From contig OX597826.1 of NCBI GenBank assembly GCA_951406725.2, positions 47,740,001-47,804,000 on the forward strand: a stretch of DNA of 64,000 nt, read 5' to 3'. Origin of the DNA: Octopus vulgaris (taxonomy: Eukaryota). Both the position numbers and the translations under genes were made by a program. Shown here piece by piece: positions 54,724 to 64,000 of this stretch. Each line of letters opens with the position of its first letter. Position 1 is the first letter of the stretch. The notes under the pieces were generated by a model. It had not been told where the DNA came from, searched no databases, and worked only from the letters and a program-made list of their open reading frames with translations.

Positions 54724-55037
54724 TGCAGCGTGGAAAGTGTTTGTAAGCCATTTAAGAAACACACAAAAGCCATTCGATTCACTTCAACATTTAAGTTTAA
54801 TTTGTCAAAATATTTTCGTCGCTTTAAGAAAAATCCGTGCTGCATTTTTTGTCAGTGAACAGGTCGCTGTCTTCTAGCGACGAAAATATTTTGACAAATT
54901 AAACTTAAATGTTGAAGTGAATCGAACGGCTTTTGTGTGTTTCTAAAATGGCTTACAAACACCTTCCACACTGCAATTGTTTTCATTCCAGCACACAATC
55001 TCAGATCAAATCACTTGCTGTGCAAGTATATCTCCGT
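54719..55037 (+). mobile_element. Miniature fold-back PLE-type insertion in (TA)n with variant hammerhead
   Basis: Arms 54719-54823 / 54876-54980, unique right extension, (TA)n on both sides. Confidence 0.8.
54848..54898 (+). ncRNA. Minimal hammerhead with compensatory G3-C8 core
   Basis: TTTGTCA GTGAACA g GTCGCT gtcttct AGCGAC GAAA ATAT TT TGACAAA; 7-bp stem I, 6-bp stem II, palindromic AATATT stem III. Confidence 0.75.
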
Positions 55038-55043
55038 AATATA

Positions 55044-55111
<68 letters not shown>

Positions 55112-55922
55112 CATATATGTATGTATATATGTATATATGTGTGTGTGTGTGTGTGGGCAAAAAAATGTCAATATTGACGAACGTTCTGGGAGAACTGCAA
55201 CCAGCAGAACTGAGAAACAAATTGTAGTTGTGCATGTAGCTGTGCCAAGTGGCTTTACTCTGCATGTTTTAGCTTTGTTACCATGGCAGCTGTCTGGATA
55301 CTTATTGACTGGACCATACCTATACATATATATCTGAGTGTGTGTGTGTCTGTCTGTTTGTGTGCGGGTGGGTGAGTTGTGTGTGTATCTATAAGTGTAT
55401 ATTTGGGTACGTGAGAGAAGAAAAGAATATATGGGTGTGCATGGGAACCAATGGCTGGAAACTCTTAGTAGAGCTCAGTTTTCCTTACCGTACCTCCATT
55501 TAACCCCAGATAGCACCCTATCCTACCTCACCCACCACTTCTTAGTTGTTGCTGATAAAGTCATTCTTCAAGTGTTATTGTGGAATGTTCCATAAGATTC
55601 TTCATCTGTTGATCTACTTATAAACACTGACTGTTTCCACAGATGGCCGTTTATGACAGCTGTGGCACTGGTCAGTTTAGACGTGGTCCAAGTAACACTC
55701 TGTCTATTACGATGAAGTAAAGACGGTGGCTACATGTGGTCATTCCGTCAGCTAGAGATGACAGCCAAAACCCTCCTCAAGTCACACATTTTTATATCTG
55801 AATCCAAGTTAATATAAAACAATGATCCTGAAACTGATAAACACCTATATATAACTCCCACCTATATACATATCTATACACACACACACACACACACACA
55901 CATATATGTATGTATATATCTA

Positions 55923-55960
<38 letters not shown>

Positions 55961-55961
55961 C

Positions 55962-56051
<90 letters not shown>

Positions 56052-56161
56052 TATATCTGTGTGTGAGTGTGTGTATGTGTTTGTGAGTGTGTATGTGTGC
56101 ATGTACACATATCATGGAAAATGGACATTAAATGTTGATGATGATGATGATGATATATATA

Positions 56162-56198
<37 letters not shown>

Positions 56199-56207
56199 AG
56201 ATATATA

Positions 56208-56845
56208 TTCTTTTATTCTTTTACTTGGTGCAGTCGTTTTGATTGCAGCCATGCTGGAGCACTGCCTGTAGTCAAACAAATCGACCCAATGACTTATTCT
56301 TTGTAACCCTAGTACTTATTCTATTGGTCTCTTTTTGCCAAACCGCTAAGTTGCAGGGACGTAAACGCACCAGCATCGGTTGTCAAGCGATGTTGAGGGT
56401 GGGGGCATACACAAACATACACACACACACTCACACACACACACTCACACACACACATATATATATATACAATAGACTTCTTTCAGTTTCTGTCTACAAA
56501 ATCCATTCACAAGGCTTTGGTTTGCCCGAGGCTATAGTAGAAGACATTTGCCCAAGGTGCCACACAGTGGGACTGAACCCGGAACCATGTGGTTGGTAAG
56601 CAAGCTATTTACCACACAGTCACTCCTGTGCCTATAGATATATAAATGCTGTTTTACTTGTTCCAGTCATGCTGGAGCACCACCTGAAGGGGTTTTAGTC
56701 AAAGAAATTCACCCCAGGGCTTACTTTTGTAAGCTTAGTACTTATTCAGTTGGTCTTTATTGCTGAACCACTAAGTTATGGGGATGTAACAACACCAGCA
56801 TTGGTTGTTGAGTGATGGCAGGGGCACAAACACAGACACACACAC
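56208..56845 (-). mobile_element. Two adjacent SINE family A copies
   Basis: Full copy at 56208-56632, 3' half at 56652-56845. Confidence 0.85.
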
Positions 56846-56866
56846 ACACAAATATATATATAGATC

Positions 56867-56946
<80 letters not shown>

Positions 56947-57811
56947 TGTATATATACAACAGGCTCTCTCTCTCTCTGCTTTGGTTGGTTTGATTACATT
57001 GGATTATGTTATCTCTGTTATATAAAATGATGAAATGGCCACAGCTGGACTGTCTTTGATAATAACTTGATTAAACTGCAAATAGAATATATTTTGCCTC
57101 TATATACTTCTTTTTCCTAACAGAACCCTGATTTCTCAGAATTATTGCTATAAACAAACCCTTCATTTTATTAAACATGACAACGTGTCTATCCTCTAAT
57201 TTTGATCCTCAAGGTACTCCCATAGAGTGTTTTCTCTCCCCATGACAAACATCAAAGTTACACTTTTAACGAAGATGTAATAGTTGAAAAACTAATTTCA
57301 AGGTGTGATGTCCAAATGCACATCAAATGCTTCATTGTATACTTATTGTGCAGTACACATAATTTTCCTGGCATTCTCTCAACTGTAGTAGCCTAGCTAC
57401 CTATCCATGAGGAGGTCAATCTCTCATCTGCTTTGTACCATAAAACCCTGAAGCCAAATAATAGCCCATGACATTCTTTCAGTACTTTGTGTGCAGTAAT
57501 TTTTACATATCTCATTACTGAGCATACATGATAATATTAATGGTAACGTAGAAAATAGAAACAGCGGTACTAATGATTCTAAAATATTCGATATAGACTG
57601 TAGCTCTGAGGTCCATACTAGCACAGGGATTACTGATATGCCTGATGATCCTGGGATGAATGTGAATGATACTACAATTGAAGGATGGAGAGATAATACC
57701 AGATATGAAAATAACACATACAAGGGATTTAGTAGGATTAATATTAATAGTAATATTAATCATAATAATAGTATGAATATCAATAATATTAATAGTGGTA
57801 ATTCTCCTAGT

Positions 57812-58220
57812 TGCAATTGTAAGGTTAAATCCCACTGTCCATTATTAGGCCAATGTCTAACCCAAAATGTAATCTATAAGTGTACAATCACAACTGTAGC
57901 TGGTAACTTTGTATATATACGATGTTCAATAAATATGAAAAAAACGTATTAATAGCCATTTTTCATCTTTTAGACTCAAAGATAAGGCCAATTGTACATC
58001 CTTATCTAGCAAGATTTGGGAACTGAAGGAAAGCAGAATCGAATTTAGCTTTAAATCGGATATTATAAAGAAAGCGCAGCCTTATAGAGGTAGTCGGTAT
58101 GGGTGCGAGCTGTGCCCCATGGAAACTTGTTAAATTTTTAAGTATAGGGACAAGAGCAACCTTGTTAATAGATTAGACCTAAGGGTATCATACATACATA
58201 GGGTCACCTGTACATTTAAA
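57812..58220 (+). pseudogene. PLE GIY-YIG endonuclease remnant with internal CxxC (Naiad-like)
   Basis: CNCKVKSHCPLLGQCLTQNVIYKC…VYIRCS / KKRINSHFSSFR…TSLSSKIWELK…AQPY…GCELCPME…LVNR; one frameshift and one stop. Confidence 0.85.
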
Positions 58221-59292
58221 TATTTTTCAAAATTAGCGTTTATAGGTGCTGCACTTGAACCTGGATAATTAATTTTAGTGTTGCATATGATGTGAACTTA
58301 CACCCTAATATTATATATAATATGTTATATATATTTTCCTACAACTCTCTATAATTTCTAATTAATGTGTTTTCTTATTTTGATACCTTTACCTATTAAC
58401 CTCTTATCTCTTGTAAGTTATTAATGCTCTTAAAGAGAAATATAAACTTTCTAGTTACTTAAGTCAAGAAGAGTTGATTATAACATACCCACAATAAGGT
58501 ACAAATATTTGTATATATTTGCATGTGTGCACATAGTTAGATATATGCATGTATCTGTGCACAACTTATTTTTCCGAATTTTTAATGATTCTTAGCTTAC
58601 AATTAATATAAAGATAGCATGATTTATCACCTCGATATTCCATAAGTAAATGCCCAGAGCAATCTTTATAGAAACCACTTTAAAAGTAAATAATTAAGTA
58701 CAGGAATGAATATTAAACTAATTCTATGTAATCTCCCCTTTCTAATGTTGAAAATTGGTATATATACACAGTTTATCTATTCTGGTGATAATATCATTTT
58801 TAGTAATCTTAAATTTTATCTTCATACAACATAACAATATTGTTTGTATACAATCATCCATTGTACCCCATGATAATTTCCTCTCATCATAGGTTTTATT
58901 AGTGTCTTGCCCCTTTAACTGGTAATTAACATCTTAATTTAGAGTCTTCCTCTACCCAGCCTCCTTTATAGAAATTACTTATACATTCCCTAAATTCCTG
59001 ACAATATTTATGACCATACCCAACTAAAAGCTGTCAACTCACTCCAGCTATCCATTCTAAACAGACACTGTCCTCTAGCCTTAGATTTGGTAGTTGATAG
59101 AAAAAGACTAATAAATTAAAATTGCACCACAATCCTTTACAATCTCTAACAAACTTCATGCAGTTCTTAGATGTGTAGTATATTTTGAGCTACATTAGTA
59201 GCGGCATGGACTTCTTCTCTCTTCTTGCTCTATTAGAGAATTGGAGTGAAATTATATTAATGTGTCCAACTGATTAAAAATTATATTTATAT

Positions 59293-59380
59293 ATGCAGCT
59301 GAGGATAGCCCTGCATTTAAATTGATGTAGTGATTGCATTGTTCAATTAAATGGAGTTGCTTGAAACAGTTGTACTGCAT
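59293..59380 (+). ncRNA. Type-I hammerhead ribozyme at the probable 3' end of the 57.8 kb PLE
   Basis: ATGCAG CTGAGGA tAGC…GCTt GAAA CAGTTG TA CTGCAT; 6-bp stem I, near-palindromic stem III, GUA site; (TA)n follows within ~25 bp. Confidence 0.75.
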
Positions 59381-59405
59381 TACCTTTTATTTTGATTATA
59401 CATAC

Positions 59406-59439
<34 letters not shown>

Positions 59440-59444
59440 GTACA

Positions 59445-60082
59445 ACAGGCTTCTTTCAGTTTCTGTCTACCAAATCCACCCACAAGGCATCTGTTGGCTT
59501 GAGACCACAGTTGCAGACCCTTGCCCCGGGTGCTACACATTGGGACTGAACCTGAAACCATGTGGTTGGGAAGCAAGCTTCTTACCACACAGTTATGCCT
59601 GCATACAAGTATCTTAACAATATATAAAATCTTGGCGCAAAGCAAACAATTTTGAGGAAGGGTTTTAATCAAATACATCAATCCCCGTGTTCAACTGGAG
59701 CCTATTTTATCGATCACAAAATGATGAAAAGCAAAGACGACCTCAGCAGAATTTGAACTCAGAATGTAAAGACAGACAAAATGTCACTAAGCATTTTGCC
59801 CGGCATGCTAATGATTCTGCCAGCACACCGTTTTACTGCATCTAAATGGCGAGATTGTTACGTTTGAAATATTCTTTTCTATTCTAGTCACAAGGCCTGA
59901 AATTTTGGTGGAGAGGGCCAGTTGTTTAGATCGACTCCATTACGCAACTGGTACTTAATTCATCAACCCCCAAAAGGTTGAAAGGCAAAGTCGACCTCAG
60001 CAGAATTTGAACTTAAAATGTAAAGATAGATGAAATACTGCTATGCATTTCGCCTGGTGTGCTAACGTTTCTGCCAGCTCAT
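59445..60082 (-). mobile_element. SINE cluster (one family A 5' half, two family B)
   Basis: Motifs as in other copies. Confidence 0.8.
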
Positions 60083-60194
60083 TGGCATCTGAAATATTAT
60101 TGATCATAAGAGTGTTGGATCATGTGACCTGGGACTAAACAACAATATCACCCTTCTACCATTTGTGATATTTAGCAAACACCTGACCTTCTTT

Positions 60195-60590
60195 GGAGGT
60201 GCATGGCTTAGTGGTTAGTATGTTGGACTCACAATCGTAAGATTGTGGCTTCGATTCCTGAATAGGGCGATGCATTGTGTTCTTGAGCTAAAACACATCA
60301 TTTCCCACAGCCCTGACCACTCAGCTATAGAAACGAGAACCACTAGTGGAGGTGCATCACTTAGTGGTTAGAGTGTTGGATTCATGACTGTAAGAGTGTG
60401 GTTTCAATCCCTGAACTGGGTTGTGTGTTGTATTCATTTCACATTGTTCCAGTTCACTCAGCTGTAGAAATGAGGTTAGCCTGGAGACAGATGGGCTCTA
60501 CCAGGCTTTCTCACCTTAGATATGCTGCATGGCTGCAGTGCCCCAATGACATCCCCTACCCCCAAGGAGTTAAGGGACTTGTCAATTGAC
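60195..60590 (+). mobile_element. Two tandem family C SINE heads/bodies
   Basis: ggaggtgcat(gg/ca)cttagtggttag at 60195 and 60348. Confidence 0.75.
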
Positions 60591-61029
60591 CTTCTCTCTT
60601 TCAGCTACACTCATTCTTTGATTCTGTATGCATACATCAAGTGAAACTCAAGCAGTGAGGGCAGCTCTGAAGATAGGTGAGTGTGATGAAATGAAGAGAG
60701 AAAGAGAAGAGAGAAAAGAAAGTTATATTGATTAGTGCCATGCTAACGAACATTGGCAGTTCATTAATGTTTGGTTTCACTATACCTTCAGTACATACCA
60801 GTAGCAACCATTAAACATTCAGTCTTTGCTTTATAGACAAGCTAGGGTGGGGATAGAAACAGATGGTGATAGTGGAGTGGAAAAATGTGGGAGTATGATC
60901 TAGAGGGGTCAGGGTGGAGCAGTTGTAAGATACATTTGCGATTCTTGGGCAGAAAATAGAGTCGATTTTTTCCTTTTCCTCCTCATCTTACGCCTGCTTC
61001 TCCCCCTTTCATTTGTAAATCCTTTAAGT

Positions 61030-61208
61030 TACCATCACCACCACTACCACCATCACCATCATTTCTATCACCCCTTTTACCACCAGCACCACTACCAACC
61101 ACCACCACCACCACCACCATCACCACCACAAACACCACCACCACCGCCACCACCACCACCACCACCACCACCACCACTACTACTACTATCGCCGCCGCCA
61201 CCACCACC

Positions 61209-61240
<32 letters not shown>

Positions 61241-61948
61241 CACCATTGCTACCACTACCACTGTTCACCATCTTCAACAAAAATAAAGTAAACAACAACA
61301 CCAGCTACAACAACAACTAACCAACCACTATACAACTATTACCACAGCCACCTGTTGATGCCTACATTACTGTTACCTACATCAGCACAGTAATGTCTTT
61401 ACCACCACCACTGCTACCATTACTACTACTACTACTACTACTACTTTCACTACTACTATCATCAGGGATACTATTGTCACTAGCAGCTTCTCTGCTACTA
61501 CCACCACCACCACCGCCACCACTACCACCACCCTATCATCGGCATCAACATTATCCCCCACATTAAACACCACACCATCACTATTACAACCATCATTACC
61601 ATTAAAACTAATATCATTATTACCGCAAACCACACCATCACTCTCACATCTACTGCCATCTCCATGACCACCACTGCATGAACCCTCACCTCCACCCTCA
61701 TCACCTCCATCAGTACCACCACCACCACCACCATCACATTCTTTTGTCAACACCTCTCCAATGTTCGGTTACTCATCTGAAGCATAAACAACATTTCTCT
61801 AACAGCAACCACAACAACAGTAACAACAAGAACAACAGCATCAACAATATCAACATCAACAACAACTACAACAAGAAAGACAACAACAACCGCAACAACT
61901 ACAACATCAACAACAGCAAAAAAAATAACAACAACAACAACAGTAGCA
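61030..61948. repeat. CAC/TAC/AAC low-complexity block
   Basis: Directly visible. Confidence 0.9.
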
Positions 61949-61949
61949 T

Positions 61950-62114
61950 GTGTAGGAGTGGCTGTGTGGTAAGTAGCTTGCTTACCAACTACATGGTTCC
62001 AGGTTCAGTCCCACTGCATAGCACCTTGGGCAAGTGTCTTCTACTATAGCCTCGGGCCAACCAAAAGCCTTGTGAGTGGATTTGGTAGACGGAAATGGAA
62101 AGAAGCCCATCGTA

Positions 62115-62177
<63 letters not shown>

Positions 62178-62400
62178 GTGTGTGTGTGTATGTTTGTGTG
62201 TCTGTGTTTGTCCCCTCCCAACATCGCTTGACAACCAATGCTGGTGTGTTTACGTCTCCGTAACTTAGCAGTTCAGCAAAAGAGACTGATAGAATAAGTA
62301 CTAGGCTTACAAAGAATAAGTCCTGGGGTCGAAATGCTCGACTAAAGGCACTACTCTAGCATAGCTGCAGTCAAATGACTGAAACAAGTAAAAGAATAAA
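61950..62400 (+). mobile_element. SINE family A, full length
   Basis: Complete match. Confidence 0.9.
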
Positions 62401-63490
62401 CAGTAACAACATCAACTACAACAACAATAATAATGATAACAGCAAAGAGATGTGTTAAAATAACTCAGCAAACAAATGACATCTTCACCCATAAACATTT
62501 GATAAATTCTTCTTAAAACCATCTTCATTGGAATAAATAAATCTTTGAGAACCATTTTCCAAAATCTCTCTAATACTCCAGTTTGCTTTGATTCTGTTAA
62601 GGTCATCAGTTTCTATAACCTTCAAAAACCTACCCTTATGTTAACCCTAAATATTTTCTCACACACAACATAATTTGTTTCCCTTATTTCAGCCCCACTT
62701 GTTGCTGTTGTTGTCATCGTTGTATTAAATAGTGATCCCTTCCCATCCACGGCCACCACCTTTACACTTGACTTGTCACCACTGGAAAAACATCAGAAGA
62801 ATGTTTTTGCTTTTTGTTTTTATTTATTTTGGAGTGGTTGTCACCAACACCATTACCAGACTGCCGCCAACACTGCCATCTCCATCATCACTATCAGCAA
62901 GAACATTCCACGCCAAACCAGCCCACCGGCAAAACGACCATCACCTGGCACCATCATCATTACTATCACCACCACTATCAATATCATCATCACCACCACC
63001 ATCATCAACCTATTCTTTCTAATCATCATCATCATCAGTAGCAGTAGCAGTGACAACAAGAACAGAAGCAGCACCATTGTCCTTACATTGCTCTAAGCAA
63101 ACATCAACATCAGTACTACCACCACCCCCACCCCCACCAATATTTTCATCATCATCATCATCATCATCATCATCTTCATCATCATCATCATCATCATCAC
63201 CACCATCATTCTAATCCACATTATCATCAGCAACAATCGCAGCACCAGGAGCAACATCAGCAACTACAAGACCATCTGGTGTTATCACCACCACCACCAC
63301 CACCACCACCATCACCACCACTATCACCACCACCACTATCATCGCCAAGACCACTACCATCACCCCCACCTTCACTGTCATCACCACCACTACCACCAGT
63401 TTCATTGTCAATATGACTATTAACAACAGCAACAACAATACCAGTATTGCTATTATATCACTTGGCATCAGCATCATCACCATCACCATG

Positions 63491-63530
<40 letters not shown>

Positions 63531-63671
63531 TGTTATCATCGTCCCTGTCCTCATCATCATTATCCTCGTTCACCATCATCCACACCAACAGTATCATTGT
63601 TGTCATAAAAATATGCCTTCACTAGAACCTAACTAGCACCAAAAATGGACCATTCTTATGAAATCCAAATG

Positions 63672-64000
63672 TACAGGAGTGGCTGTGCGGTAAGTAGCTT
63701 GCTAACCAACCACATGGTTCCGGGTTCAGTCCCACTGCGTGGCACCTTGGGCAAGTGTCTTCTACTATAGCCTCAGGCCGACCAAAGCCTTGTGAGTGGA
63801 TTTGGAAGACGGAAACTGAAAGAAGCCTGTCGTATATAGGTAAATATATATATATATATATATGTATGTGCATGTTTGTGTGTCTGTGTTTGTCCCCCCA
63901 ACATCGCTTGACAACTGATGCTGGTGTGTTTACATCCCCGTAACTTAGCGGCTCGGCAATAGAAACCGATAGAATAAGTACTAGGCTTACAAAGAATAAG
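63672..64000 (+). mobile_element. SINE family A, runs off the window end
   Basis: Complete head and body. Confidence 0.9.

Overview
AT-rich, repeat-saturated eukaryotic intronic/intergenic DNA. The SINE families and extreme (TA)n/(TAA)n/(CAT)n/(GATA)n content point to an octopus (coleoid cephalopod) genome, which is an inference. No host exon could be supported, and nearly all ORFs in the track are microsatellite artefacts. Recognisable content: three tRNA-derived SINE families, RTE-LINE 3' ends, R4/Dong-type RLE retrotransposon fragments in (TAA)n, a Tx1-like fragment, Tc1/mariner remnants (DD34D, two DD37D copies, a MITE), a Helentron-type HINE, an LTR/PBS remnant, and three Penelope-like element (PLE) GIY-YIG remnants. 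The main observation is a set of sequence-unrelated fold-back (inverted-repeat) insertions, mostly inside (TA)n tracts. Most carry a minimal type-I hammerhead ribozyme with a palindromic stem III, and several have non-canonical cores (G3-C8 swap, U4C, A9C plus an extra G). One of them, a ~2 kb palindrome, still holds an intact GIY-YIG reading frame, tying the architecture to PLEs. PLE-associated minimal hammerheads are known in general; the density, core variants and microsatellite partitioning here merit checking. All coordinates and folds were read by eye and are approximate.
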